64,000 nucleotides of DNA from Armatimonadota bacterium (GTDB taxonomy: Bacteria > Armatimonadota > Zipacnadia > Zipacnadales > JABUFB01). The translations under genes were made by a program, and so were the position numbers. Positions 47,140 to 57,643 of this stretch are shown piece after piece. The stretch's first letter is position 1. Each line of letters starts with the position of its first letter. The stretch spans positions 3,189-67,188 of the forward strand of contig JABUFB010000019.1 in the NCBI GenBank assembly GCA_013314775.1, in the 5' to 3' direction. The notes beneath the pieces are model-generated. The model ran no database searches and was not told where the DNA came from. It saw only the letters and a list, made by a program, of their open reading frames with translations.

Positions 47140-49239
47140 CTACACTCCCCACGCTCTGCGAAGCGCCCAGTCCAGACCCAGCAGTCCGGCTAGGATGCAC
47201 AGCACCCAGCCCTCACGCAGGGGATTGCGGCGCGTCTCGCGCGAGACCTCCTGCACGGGTGCCTGCAGGGCCCCGGCCAGCGTCTCTTCCTGACCTGGTG
47301 AAGCCACGACGCCCCCGGTCTGCTTCGCGAGAGCCTCCAGCAGGGCCCGGTTGGGCTGCGAGACCGCAAGTTCAATCTCCGAGGGCACAAAGCGGGTCCG
47401 TGCGCTGTCTGTGCCCAGATCGCGCCCGGAGAGAACAGCTGACACGGACGCGGTGATCTCGCCGGGAATTGGGCCTGGAATGAACGCCTGGTAGCGTCCC
47501 GGGAATTGCGGGTCGGGTGCGCAGGTGAAGCGACCTTTCTCGCCTGCCAATTGGGTTCGCGCGATCACCTCGGCGCCATCCACCGGGAGCCCGGTGGAAT
47601 CGCTCACCTGGACCAGCAGGCGGGCGTGTTCGCCCAAAGGGTAAGCCGCGCGGTCGAACTCGGCCACCACCGGTCGGTCGTCTCGCACTTCGGTGAGCCA
47701 GTCCAGAAGCCCTTCCCACAGTTGCGCGAAGGCCTTCTCGCCCGCATCGGAGTTTCCCGCGGAAAGCACCCAGCGGTGGGTGGAGTTCGTCGAAAGAACA
47801 GCTGCTCTTCCCCGGCCCACGGTGCCCGTGACCAGAAGCGGTGACCCGCCGACAGAGAGCGCCACGGTCGCACCCCTGCGCGGCGAACCCAGGGCATTGC
47901 GTCCGCGCAGGGCGGGCAGGCCGGCGAAATTACCGGCTTCCAGGCCCAGGCTGTCCAAGCCGGAGCCAGCAGCCACGTCAAAGACCTCATCCAGGTATGA
48001 ACCCTGAAACTGTGCCGGAAGCAGTGTGCCCAGCGCCCCAGAAATGGGGGAGCGCGCGCTCAAGGGACCTCCGAGGATCGCGACTCCAGCCCCCGACCCA
48101 ACCAGTTCCGCGATCCTGCCCGCGACAGGCGCAAGAGCGGGCCCGGGCACGTCCTGCAGGATCACCGCGTCGGGGCGCGGGCTTAGTGATGAGACGAGAG
48201 ATGCTTTGCGGAGCGCAGAATCATCGCGCCACCAGTCACTGTCGGCCTTGCGCACCAGGCAGGTGACCTTCAGGTCGCGATCGGCGAGCAGAAGCCGCTT
48301 GATCGCTGCGTACTCGGGGTTCGGCGCGCCCGCAATGAGAAGGATGCGGGTGCGGTCGGGCAGCACCGTCACCAGCGCTGCGCGACTGTTGTTCGCCCCT
48401 GTCACCTCGCCGTCGACCGCCGGCACCCGGAGTTCGTAACGGTACCTCCCCGGCGCGCCGGCCTTCAGGGAGACTTCCACCGCGCCCGGCCTGCCGGTTG
48501 GCACTTGCCGGGTAGCGATCGTGCGGTCTTCGCGGATCACATCCACGGTCAACCGGTCCTCACCGACTCCTTGTGAGCGGACGGTGCCTTTGAGCTCGAA
48601 ACTCGCGCCCTCACGCACCTGTCGGGGCGCCTGTATCGAGGTGACCGCAACGTCGCGCACTGGCCACGGTTTCCCGACCGCCAGGAAATTGAGGGTCAGA
48701 CCCGCGGCCCGAGCGATCCGTGCAACCTCGAGCACACGCGCGGATTCCGTGTCCGCGCCATCGGTGGCGATGAGCACCCGTGCGCCGGGAGCCTCCGCCG
48801 CGATGAAACCCACGGAGGCGGCCAGGTCGGTCCGGTTGCCACTGGCAGAGGCATCGGCCAGGTTGCGAACAGGCCGGATCGACGAAGAGAAGCTATACAG
48901 TGTCGGGGCACTCGGATTCTCGGTCTTGGCGACGCGGCGGAGGACGTCTTCCAGGGAGGTGCGGGCAACGTCCAGCCGAGACGGCCCCTGTCTGTCCGCA
49001 GGCAGGCCCATGCTTGCCGACGTGTCGATCAGTACACGCAGTTCACCAGGCACCCGGACTGTATTGCCTGTGATGACCACCGGATTCCACAGCATCGCCA
49101 GCAGCAGCAGGAGCGAGAGCCCGCGCAGGACGGTGAGGATGACCCGTCGCGACGCGGGCTCGCAAGCCAGTCGGCGCAAGGAGACGACGAGCGCCGCCAG
49201 GACCAGCAGGCCGGCAATTCCGGCGGCAATCCAGTGCAT
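47140..49239 (-). CDS. vWA-domain membrane protein (BatA/BatB-like)
   Basis: N-terminal TM pair. MIDAS motif VLIDTSASMG. Long extracytoplasmic region. C-terminal TM (VLCILAGLLGL). Confidence 0.6.
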   Translation of the reverse strand: MHWIAAGIAGLLVLAALVVSLRRLACEPASRRVILTVLRGLSLLLLLAMLWNPVVITGNTVRVPGELRVLIDTSASMGLPADRQGPSRLDVARTSLEDVLRRVAKTENPSAPTLYSFSSSIRPVRNLADASASGNRTDLAASVGFIAAEAPGARVLIATDGADTESARVLEVARIARAAGLTLNFLAVGKPWPVRDVAVTSIQAPRQVREGASFELKGTVRSQGVGEDRLTVDVIREDRTIATRQVPTGRPGAVEVSLKAGAPGRYRYELRVPAVDGEVTGANNSRAALVTVLPDRTRILLIAGAPNPEYAAIKRLLLADRDLKVTCLVRKADSDWWRDDSALRKASLVSSLSPRPDAVILQDVPGPALAPVAGRIAELVGSGAGVAILGGPLSARSPISGALGTLLPAQFQGSYLDEVFDVAAGSGLDSLGLEAGNFAGLPALRGRNALGSPRRGATVALSVGGSPLLVTGTVGRGRAAVLSTNSTHRWVLSAGNSDAGEKAFAQLWEGLLDWLTEVRDDRPVVAEFDRAAYPLGEHARLLVQVSDSTGLPVDGAEVIARTQLAGEKGRFTCAPDPQFPGRYQAFIPGPIPGEITASVSAVLSGRDLGTDSARTRFVPSEIELAVSQPNRALLEALAKQTGGVVASPGQEETLAGALQAPVQEVSRETRRNPLREGWVLCILAGLLGLDWALRRAWGV

Positions 49240-49294
49240 GTTCAGTCCGACGATTCCTCACGTTTCAGACTTGTCTGCCCTCGTTCGCCGGCGG

Positions 49295-50605
49295 TCACTT
49301 GCCCGGAACCGCGAGGTCAGCCAGGAAGTCGGGCGTGATCTTCTTCCCGACCAGGAAGAACTTTCGGTCCGGATGCCACAGCACGTGGTTCCCGCGGCGG
49401 TGGGTCATGCTGGGGTAGACCCCGATATCGGTGCGCTTCAGCGGCCCGATGCCCTGACCGTCGTTGTCCATGAGCTGCTTCGAGCGGCTGAACCAGATGG
49501 GCTGGTCAGCGTCGGGGCGGAACTCGCCGCGCGCGATGAAGGCAGGGCGGCGGTTCTTGCTGGTATCCTCAGGTTGGCAGCCCTGGAAGCGCCCGCTGTT
49601 GTTGTGGTGCAGAAGCACGTACTCGCCGGTAGCGATCTCATAGATCGGGCAGCAGCAAAGCGGTTCAAGGATCGGCGTGCCGTGATCCTTGCGCAGGAGC
49701 GGCCTGGGGTTACACCAGGTCATCCCGTCATCGCTCGACAGGCTGTACCAGATGTACCCGGACATGGTGCGCATCACACAAAAGAGCCGCCCGTCCGGCA
49801 GGCGCACGAGACTGGGCTCCTGGGCGACGCTCAACATGGGGTCGGCATAATGCGGGACCCGTAGGGCTTCGTCGCCCCAGCCGGAGTAACTGATCTGGAT
49901 TTCGCCCGGCTCGGGATCGTCGTCGATGTTCTCGAAGCGCATGAACTCGACCACGGTCTCCCACGAGGTCCACGAATTGCTGTGCATGGGCCATCGCACG
50001 GCCCTGCTCACCCAGCGGCTGAACCCGGTGAACCATCGTCCGCGCAGGTCGCGAATGGGCTTCTGCCAGACGATCCAGTTCGAGGGCACCGAGGTGTCCG
50101 GGTGGTCGTGGGGGCTGCGTTTCAGGGGTATATCGGCCGGCTGCGACCATGTCCTTCCCATGTCGTCGCTATAGCAACCTTCCATGGTCCCCGTGTGCTG
50201 GTGGATAACATCATCGATGCCCTGGTACTGATTCCAGATGGCGTAGATGCGGCCGGATCCCGAAATCAGCGGGAAGCCCCAGCTCGCCATGAAGCCGTCT
50301 CCGGGGCGCTTCGGACCCGCCACGTGGGTGGGTTCGGCCCAGGTCACGCCGTCGTCTTCGGATCTGCTGAACATGATGCGGTGGTCGCCGGCCCCTTCGT
50401 AGCTGCTCTGGGTCCACAGGCACATGAGGGACCCGTCGGGGCCTTCGAACACCAGAAAATGTTCGTTGCCGGTGTCGAAGGTGGATCCATCGACGCTCTT
50501 GGGCACGTAGACCACGTAATCGGGTTCGGTGCGCTGCAGTTCGCGTTGCAGGATATCCTGTGTCGAATCCATGGTTCTCCCCGTGTGGATGGCGTCTCGC
50601 GCCAA
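49295..50605 (-). CDS. BNR/Asp-box repeat sialidase-like glycoside hydrolase (GH33-like)
   Basis: Three Asp-box motifs S-x-D-x-G-x-T-W (SEDDGVTW, SDDMGRTW, SSDDGMTW). 436 aa. Confidence 0.65.
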   Translation of the reverse strand: MARDAIHTGRTMDSTQDILQRELQRTEPDYVVYVPKSVDGSTFDTGNEHFLVFEGPDGSLMCLWTQSSYEGAGDHRIMFSRSEDDGVTWAEPTHVAGPKRPGDGFMASWGFPLISGSGRIYAIWNQYQGIDDVIHQHTGTMEGCYSDDMGRTWSQPADIPLKRSPHDHPDTSVPSNWIVWQKPIRDLRGRWFTGFSRWVSRAVRWPMHSNSWTSWETVVEFMRFENIDDDPEPGEIQISYSGWGDEALRVPHYADPMLSVAQEPSLVRLPDGRLFCVMRTMSGYIWYSLSSDDGMTWCNPRPLLRKDHGTPILEPLCCCPIYEIATGEYVLLHHNNSGRFQGCQPEDTSKNRRPAFIARGEFRPDADQPIWFSRSKQLMDNDGQGIGPLKRTDIGVYPSMTHRRGNHVLWHPDRKFFLVGKKITPDFLADLAVPGK

Positions 50606-50658
50606 CTCGCCCTGCGCTCAAGCACAGGGCGGGCCTTGCGTCGGTCCTGCGGCGTGCC

Positions 50659-52113
50659 CTAACTCAAGGTTACTGTCGCCGCCGACATGGGCGGCAGTTC
50701 CACCGTGATTTCCTCCGCACACCGGACAGCGCCCCCATCCACGACCCGGACAGCATCGGGCTTGTCGGCGGAATTGACGGCATCGGGCTGGGTGGCGGTG
50801 AGCAGGCGCATCGACCCGCTCGTGGCTTCGCCGGCATGCAGGTACACCGTGACTTCGGCGGATGCATCCAGGCTCAGGTTTGTGACGGAAAGCACCACTC
50901 CGCCGGAACCGTTGTTCCGGCTGGCAGAGGCGCTCACCAGCGCGACGCTCTGCCGCTGGTTGTCCAATGTGAACTCATGCCGGTCCACTTCCACGTCGGT
51001 GCGCACCGCAACGTTGCCCATGTGCGGCTTGTACAGGTCATAGATGTGGTACGTTGGGGTGAGCCACATGGCAGCGCCGTCGGTCTGAATCAGGCATTGC
51101 AGGACGTTGATGAGCTGGGCGATATTGGCCATGGTCACGTATTCGGCGTTGCGGTGGAACACGTCGAAGACCAAGGCGGCTGCGAGTGCATCGCGCAATG
51201 TGTTGGGCTGGTACAGGCCCACGTCGGCCTCGGGGTGCCAGACGCCCCACTCGTCCACCGCGATCCCGATCTGCCGCCCGCGCTCGAAGTGCCCGAGCAA
51301 CTGGGCCAGCCGCCGTATTTGCCCTTCCATGACCAGCGCGGCCGGAAACAGCCCGTAGTACTGCTCTTCGCTGAATCCGGTTCCCGGGCCGCACTTGTAG
51401 TAATGGTGTATGGAGTGGTGGTCGACGAGATCGATGCGCTTCAGGGTGTTGAAGAACGCCAGGTCCCATTCGGCGTTGAAGCCGCAGGAGATGAGCTGGA
51501 TTTCGGGGTCGATGCGCCGCAGATAGCTGGCGAACCGGCGGTACTCCCGGGCGTAATGGTCCGCGTCATAGTGCCCGCCGCAGCCCCAGTTTTCATTGCC
51601 GATGCCCCAGTATTTCACCTTGTAGGGCGCCGGGTGCCCATTGGCGGCGCGCTCCTGCGCCAGAGTGGTCGTGCCCTCGTAGTTGCAGTATTCCAGCCAC
51701 TGCATCATCTCGCGCGGGTTGCCGGAGCCCACGTTCCCGCAGATGTAGGGCTCGGCGCCAATCGCCCGACAAAAGCGAATGAACTCGTCGGTGCCGAATT
51801 GGTTGTCCTCTTCGCGGTTCCACCAGACATTGATTCGCCGGGGCCTTTGATCGCGCGGCCCGATTCCGTCGCGCCAGTCGTAAGCGTCGGCGAAGCAGCC
51901 TCCAGGCCAACGCACCACCGGCGGCTGGAGGGGCTTGAGCGCCTCAACGACGTCCTTGCGGATCCCTCGGTCGTTGGGGATCGCGCTCGTCTCGCCGACC
52001 CACGTGCCCTCGTCGATGCAGCGGCCGAGGTGCTCGGCGAAATGCCCATACACGTTGGGGTTGATGCGGCCCAGGGGTTCATCCAGACGGACGGTGACCG
52101 TGGCGGTGAGCAT
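50659..52113 (-). CDS. abfA: alpha-L-arabinofuranosidase, GH51
   Basis: NPNVYGHFAEHLGRCIDEG, RWPGGCFADAYDW, WGIGNENWGCGG (catalytic acid region), DEWGVWH (nucleophile region). 484 aa. Confidence 0.8.
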   Translation of the reverse strand: MLTATVTVRLDEPLGRINPNVYGHFAEHLGRCIDEGTWVGETSAIPNDRGIRKDVVEALKPLQPPVVRWPGGCFADAYDWRDGIGPRDQRPRRINVWWNREEDNQFGTDEFIRFCRAIGAEPYICGNVGSGNPREMMQWLEYCNYEGTTTLAQERAANGHPAPYKVKYWGIGNENWGCGGHYDADHYAREYRRFASYLRRIDPEIQLISCGFNAEWDLAFFNTLKRIDLVDHHSIHHYYKCGPGTGFSEEQYYGLFPAALVMEGQIRRLAQLLGHFERGRQIGIAVDEWGVWHPEADVGLYQPNTLRDALAAALVFDVFHRNAEYVTMANIAQLINVLQCLIQTDGAAMWLTPTYHIYDLYKPHMGNVAVRTDVEVDRHEFTLDNQRQSVALVSASASRNNGSGGVVLSVTNLSLDASAEVTVYLHAGEATSGSMRLLTATQPDAVNSADKPDAVRVVDGGAVRCAEEITVELPPMSAATVTLS

Positions 52114-52299
52114 GGCGGTTCAGACTCCCTCGGTAGAGGTTCTCGGCCCATGACAATTCACCCTCAAGAAACCGCGGACCTTCATGAAGGAATTCTCAAG
52201 ATCAGCAGGAAATGTTCAGCGTGAACCCCCGACGGACGCCGCCGTGGGGCGCCCCGGGAGGGAACCCATTCTCATTACGAAGAAGGAGGACCAGATCCA

Positions 52300-52931
52300 T
52301 GCGACGTGGCTTCACCCTGATTGAGCTGCTCGTTGTGATTGCGATTATCGCGATTCTAGCAGCGATTCTATTCCCGGTGTTCGCCAGAGCCCGTGAGAAG
52401 GCCCGGCAGGCAAGCTGTTCGAGCAACCTGAAACAGATTGGTCTTGCGGCGCTGATGTACGTGCAGGACTACGACGAGCGGACGCCCTGGATGCGTCTCA
52501 CCAACCCGCCTGCCGATATGTGCCCGTACGCTCCGAACAACGGCTCGCCCTGCTACACCTGCTGGTCCGAGCACATCACGCCCTATGTAAAGAACGACCA
52601 GCTCTTCAACTGTCCTTCGAGCAACCGTTACCGCGCCCCGAATACTCGCGGTTCCATCTGTATGTCCTACGGCTGGAGCTGCCACATTGACAACATGAAG
52701 CTCGGATCCATCTACAGACCCGCAGAAACCCTTATGGCAATCGATGCGGACTGCCACTGGGTCAACGGCGACTGCAGCAGTCATGCGCGCGGTGAGCTTC
52801 ACGGTAAGAACGAGCTGTATCGCACTGCTCCGCTGCACAATGATGGTTCCAACATCGCCTTCGCCGACGGCCATGTGAAGTGGATGGGCGCCACCGCCAT
52901 CATGCCCGCCATGTGGCACAACACGCCCTAG
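52300..52931 (+). CDS. prepilin-type N-terminal cleavage/methylation domain protein with H-X9-DG-like C-terminus (DUF1559-like)
   Basis: [37 protein letters not shown] class III signal peptide/pseudopilin N-terminus. C-terminal [26 protein letters not shown]. Confidence 0.8.
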
Positions 52932-53013
52932 GAGAACAATTCGCGGACAGCCACTCCGGGCGCCTCGTGGAGACCAATCCGCGGGGCGCTCTTCGTCACT
53001 GGAGGCCGGGAAC

Positions 53014-54807
53014 ATGTTGCGACAGACAAGACTGTTTGCATTGTTCGCGGCAATTATCACCACGACAGGCTGCGTCGAGCCGGCCTGCGAGGTGCTGCTC
53101 GTGCGCAGCGAAGACTCTTCGGCGTCCAACTGGGGCGCTCTGCCGGGGTTCATGTCCCGGACCGCCCGCGTGGAGATGCGCGAGGACGGCCGCCTGCCCG
53201 AAGGCGACCTGCACCAGTACAGGCTTATCGCGCTGAGCACCAATCTCAACGTCTACCGGGAGGACCGGCGGCGGCTGTGGGAGTTCGCCAATCGCGGCGG
53301 CATCCTGGTCACCTGGTTCGCTGATGACGTGCGCAGCGAGGCCACCTTCTGGCCGTACCGGCTGGTGCTTGGTGATCGTGACCCCGATCAGGTGACCTTC
53401 CGCGATGATCCCCACCCACTCCTGGACGGACTGCGCGGGAAGGCTTTCAGTGGCCAGATGTGCGGGGGCGATGTGGTGCGTGACTGGGATCGCGAGCACT
53501 GGCGAGTACTGGCAGAGAGCCCCGACGGGCCGGCGCTCCTGGTTGCTGCATACGGCGCGGGACATCTCGTCGCCGCACAGTTCCACGCACCACTCTCCGC
53601 GCGGGAGGAACTGGCGCGTCCGCTTGCCGACAATCTTCTGAAATGGGCGGGCGTGAAGCAGGTGGCGGCGGAGGACCTGGCTGCTCGCGCGGACCTGGAG
53701 GTTCTCACAGCACTGGCCCGCCGGCAGATAAGGGAGTTGGGGGCCGGCGAGTGGAAGCGCGGTTCGTGGGATGATGTGAGCAAGTCCCGCCCGGTACGGG
53801 GCATCTCGTGGTCTTACCCGCGGGGCGTCACGCTCTACGGGCTGCTGAAGCTGAGCGAATCGGGTGGGGGAGAGGAGTGGGGGCAGTTCGTGCTGCGCCA
53901 CAACGAACTGGTGGCGAAACAGTGGGACTGGCTCACGTGGCAGATGGAGACATTCGGCCGCCGCACACCGGCCCAGGGCATCGAGGAACTCATGCGCCTG
54001 AGCAGCCTGGACGACTGCGGATCAATGGGGAGCCAGGTGCTCGAGGGGCTTCTCGCGCACGGGGCCACTGCGTCCCCCGAGATGACCCGGATGCTGCAGC
54101 GCATTGCCGACTACATTCACACGCGACAGTCACGCCTGCCGGATGGGACTCTCTGCCGCGGCCGCACGCTGTGGATCGACGACCTGTATATGAGCGTCCC
54201 CTTCCTGGCGCGCTGGGGCACTTACTCGGGCAAGCCCGAGTACTGGGATGACGCCGCGCAGCAGATCATCAAGTTCGCCTCGCGCCTGCAGGACGAGGAT
54301 GGGCTGTGGTATCACGGGTGGTTCGACCGCGAGCAGCGGCATTCGCGGTACAAGTGGGGCAGAGGAAACGGTTGGGCGGTGCTGGCGCAGGTGGAACTGC
54401 TGGGTCAATTACCGGCAGATCACCCGGCCCGCAAGAAGCTGCTAAGTATCCTGGAAAGGCACCTGAAGGGTATCGCGCAGCACCAGGCGCAATCGGGGAT
54501 GTGGCGGCAGATCGTGGACATGCCCGAACTGTGGGAAGAGACCTCCTGCACTGGGATGTTCGCATACGCTCTGGGGCGGTCGAGGCGGGAAGGGTGGATC
54601 GATTGGGACGGCAAGGCCGTTGCGCGGAAGGCCTTCGATGCGCTCAAGACAAAGGTGCTATGGGACGGTTCGGTTACGGACACATGTGTGGGAACCGGGG
54701 TCAACAACAGCCTGGACTACTACAGGGAGCGCCCCCGGACGCTGAATGATCCGCATGGCCCCGGGCCGGTGCTGCTTGCGGGGGCAGAACTGCTTCGGGA
54801 GGAGTGA
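53014..54807 (+). CDS. lipoprotein: N-terminal ThuA/class-I-glutamine-amidotransferase-like domain fused to GH105 unsaturated rhamnogalacturonyl hydrolase-like domain
   Basis: Lipobox LFALFAAIITTTGC. C-terminal DDLYMSVPFLARWG ... WGRGNGWAVLA matches GH105/GH88 (alpha/alpha)6 hydrolases. Confidence 0.6.
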   Translation: MLRQTRLFALFAAIITTTGCVEPACEVLLVRSEDSSASNWGALPGFMSRTARVEMREDGRLPEGDLHQYRLIALSTNLNVYREDRRRLWEFANRGGILVTWFADDVRSEATFWPYRLVLGDRDPDQVTFRDDPHPLLDGLRGKAFSGQMCGGDVVRDWDREHWRVLAESPDGPALLVAAYGAGHLVAAQFHAPLSAREELARPLADNLLKWAGVKQVAAEDLAARADLEVLTALARRQIRELGAGEWKRGSWDDVSKSRPVRGISWSYPRGVTLYGLLKLSESGGGEEWGQFVLRHNELVAKQWDWLTWQMETFGRRTPAQGIEELMRLSSLDDCGSMGSQVLEGLLAHGATASPEMTRMLQRIADYIHTRQSRLPDGTLCRGRTLWIDDLYMSVPFLARWGTYSGKPEYWDDAAQQIIKFASRLQDEDGLWYHGWFDREQRHSRYKWGRGNGWAVLAQVELLGQLPADHPARKKLLSILERHLKGIAQHQAQSGMWRQIVDMPELWEETSCTGMFAYALGRSRREGWIDWDGKAVARKAFDALKTKVLWDGSVTDTCVGTGVNNSLDYYRERPRTLNDPHGPGPVLLAGAELLREE

Positions 54808-55006
54808 TGGGCTGCTCTGTCGCCCCTTGCGGGGGCTCAGAGGGCAGCCCGGGGCCGATCCCAGGGGTTCCGGTCCGCTTCGCGGCCTCCACCCCCTGGC
54901 TATAGGCGGACGGCCCCTCCGGGGCCTTACGACAAGATGCGGTGCTGACTTGTCCCCTACGGGGCCTTACGATAGAGACGGGGCAGCGTCGACCGGGCCT
55001 GCGCGG

Positions 55007-56788
55007 CTATTCGCTCTCCCCGTCACTCAGCGGCAAGATGAACCCGAACCTCGCGCCGCCTTCGGGCCGGTTTTCGGCGAAAACGCTGCCACCATGGGCA
55101 GCAATGATCTCCCGCGCAATCGCCAGACCAAGCCCGGCGCCGGTGTCCGCAGGTCCCCGCGACTTGTCCACCTTGTGGAAACGCTCCCAGATGTGCGCAA
55201 GATGCTCCGGGGGCACGCCGGGGCCATCGTCTTCCACCAGTACGCGGACCTGCGCCGGTGAGGGTCTACCCAACTGTTCTACCGAGACCCGCACTTTGCC
55301 GGCCGGGGGGGAATGTCGTATCGCGTTGTCCACGAGATTGATGACCACCCGCACCAGGCGGTCGCCGTCGGCTCGCACAGTAAGCGGGTCCGGCCGCTGG
55401 TAGTCGAGTTCGACGGAAGCTGCACTCGCGACGGGAGCCAGTGCGTCCACCGCTGCGCTGACCACTCCGCCGATGTCCAGATCGTCTGGTTCGAAGGTCA
55501 CGACCCCGGCCTGCAGGCGGGACAGGTCCAACAGCTGATCCACCAGCTTCCGCATGAGGTCGGCCTGGTCCGAGGCCACGCGTACACAGCGCTGTCGCTC
55601 CTCTTCGGTCTCGGCGGTACCGTCAGCCAGGGCTCCCAGGTAGCCGCGGATTGAGGTCAGCGGTGCCCGCAGTTCGTGGGATGCATTGGCCACGAACTCA
55701 CGCCGCAGTCGCTCGAGGCGCTCGGTCTCGGTGATGTCGGTGATGACCACCACTGCACCGCCAGCGGCCGCACTGATCCTGGCGCCGCGCAGGCGCAGGA
55801 TGCGTTCCCCTCGCTCCATGTCCCGTGCGAAGCTCTCGCTTTCGCCCTCGAGCAGCAGTTCCACGTCCGCCAGCACGTCTTCAGGCAGGTCCAGGTCAGC
55901 AAGGGCGGCCTCGTCCGGAAGCTCGGGCAGCTCAAGCAGCTTTCGGGCGCCATCATTGAGCATGACGAGTGATCCGTCGGAAGACAGGCCGACCACGCCC
56001 TCGTGCATGCTGGCAAGGATGTCCGCGAGCTGCTCGCGCTCCCGGGACAGGTCAGCAAAGGCCGTTGCGAGCGCGTCGGTCATGTGGTTCAGGCTGGCTG
56101 CCACGGTGCGCAGTTCTATTGGCCCCTGCCGGCGAACGCGGGTTGTGAAGTCTCCCTCTGCGAGGTCCGAGGCGGCGCGAGCCACTTCAGCGAGGGGACG
56201 AGCGATGGAACGGCTGGCCATTGCAGCCAGCACGAGGGCGAGGATGGCCGCAGCTGCGCCGGATGCGGCAAAAAGGCCCGTTGCGGTGCGAAGGGTGGTT
56301 TCGACTTCCCGCAGGGGCCGACGGAGAATCAGGGATCCACGAACGGTGTTTTCGCCGGGGCTACGGATAGGCGCTGTAACGGAGATAACCGGTCCGGGGT
56401 AGCAGTAACTGCGGGTACGGTCAATACTGGAGCACGTGCCGGCTGCGTAGAGAAGCTCGTCCATGTCTGGTCCCGAGCCGGCGCCGGGCTTCAGGTCGCT
56501 GCTGGCGATGAGGCCCTCGCGCTCCTGGTCGAACACGCAGACTCGACCGCCCAGGGTGAGGCTTGCGGTGCGGGCGATCATGCCGATCTGCTCGCTTCGG
56601 TCCGGGTCGTCCATGAGACGCGCGATGTCCGCCGCCATGTCATCGGCCGCCGCGGCCAGGGCCTCGCGCGTCTGCGTCACGTAATAGTGGCGGAACAGGC
56701 GCGTGGATAGGAGGCCGACCAGGGACAGGGCGACCACGGCCACCAGAAGGTGGGTGGTGAGCAGCCGGGAGTAGAGGCTACTGAACAT
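55007..56788 (-). CDS. sensor histidine kinase (TM-HAMP-HisKA-HATPase)
   Basis: N-terminal TM helix, HAMP region, H-box ASHELRAPLTSIRGY, ATP-lid GAGLGLAIAREI. Confidence 0.8.
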   Translation of the reverse strand: MFSSLYSRLLTTHLLVAVVALSLVGLLSTRLFRHYYVTQTREALAAAADDMAADIARLMDDPDRSEQIGMIARTASLTLGGRVCVFDQEREGLIASSDLKPGAGSGPDMDELLYAAGTCSSIDRTRSYCYPGPVISVTAPIRSPGENTVRGSLILRRPLREVETTLRTATGLFAASGAAAAILALVLAAMASRSIARPLAEVARAASDLAEGDFTTRVRRQGPIELRTVAASLNHMTDALATAFADLSREREQLADILASMHEGVVGLSSDGSLVMLNDGARKLLELPELPDEAALADLDLPEDVLADVELLLEGESESFARDMERGERILRLRGARISAAAGGAVVVITDITETERLERLRREFVANASHELRAPLTSIRGYLGALADGTAETEEERQRCVRVASDQADLMRKLVDQLLDLSRLQAGVVTFEPDDLDIGGVVSAAVDALAPVASAASVELDYQRPDPLTVRADGDRLVRVVINLVDNAIRHSPPAGKVRVSVEQLGRPSPAQVRVLVEDDGPGVPPEHLAHIWERFHKVDKSRGPADTGAGLGLAIAREIIAAHGGSVFAENRPEGGARFGFILPLSDGESE

Positions 56789-56821
56789 GCGCGGGGCTGG
56801 ATCGGGCGAGCCCGTCCCGGC

Positions 56822-57532
56822 TCACTCAGCCTCCTCTTCCCCCTCGGACTGGCACAGGAAGCGATACCCGGTGCCCCAGACTGTCTCGATCACGCAGCGG
56901 GTCATGCCGGCATCCTTGAGTTTCTGCCGCGCGCGCTTGATGTGGGTGTCTACGGTGCGGTAGTCGCCGTAGTCCGCATCATATCCCCAGACCTCCTGCA
57001 TGATCTTCTGGCGAGAGAAAACAATGCGGGGCCTGCGCGCGATGAGCAGCACGATATCGAACTCGTGGGGAGTCAATGCCACTTCCACACCGTTGACCCG
57101 TACCTCTCGCGTGGCGGGGTCGATCTCGAAATCACCCATACGCACGGCTTCGGTGGTCTGCTGGGGCGTGGGTCTGGAGCGCCGGAGCACCGCTTCCACC
57201 CGGGCGACCACTTCCCGCGGATTGAAAGGCTTGGTGATGTAGTCATCCGCGCCCATTTGCAGGCCGATGATGGGGTCCACTTCGTCATCGCGGGCAGACA
57301 CGAAGATGATCGGCACATTGTGCCTCTGGCGCACCGCCTGGCAGACCTCGTACCCGTCCATACCGGGCAGCATGATGTCCAGCAGGACGAGATCGGGCTT
57401 GCGCTTGTCCAGCGCCTCGAGACAGGCCGGACCTGTATCCGCGGTGCGGACGGTGTACTGGGCCTTCTCCAGGTACATTTTCAGCAGATCAACAACACCC
57501 GGATCGTCGTCGACGATAAGGACTTCCGGCAT
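56822..57532 (-). CDS. OmpR-family response regulator
   Basis: Start MPEVLIVDDDP, phospho-acceptor LVLLDIMLPGMDG, C-terminal winged helix TVWGTGYRF. Immediately upstream of the kinase gene on the same strand. Confidence 0.85.
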   Translation of the reverse strand: MPEVLIVDDDPGVVDLLKMYLEKAQYTVRTADTGPACLEALDKRKPDLVLLDIMLPGMDGYEVCQAVRQRHNVPIIFVSARDDEVDPIIGLQMGADDYITKPFNPREVVARVEAVLRRSRPTPQQTTEAVRMGDFEIDPATREVRVNGVEVALTPHEFDIVLLIARRPRIVFSRQKIMQEVWGYDADYGDYRTVDTHIKRARQKLKDAGMTRCVIETVWGTGYRFLCQSEGEEEAE

Positions 57533-57643
57533 GTATGTATCACCCCGTATCACTAACGCCGGGTGCAGGGCCGTTTGCTCCCGGCAGGATAACACACCTC
57601 TGCCCGGGAACGTTACCCGAAACCGACACCCGGAGGCAAAAAG

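Noticed and set aside
50560-52224. 554-aa plus-strand ORF
   Set aside because: Antisense to the GH51 arabinofuranosidase and the BNR-sialidase start.
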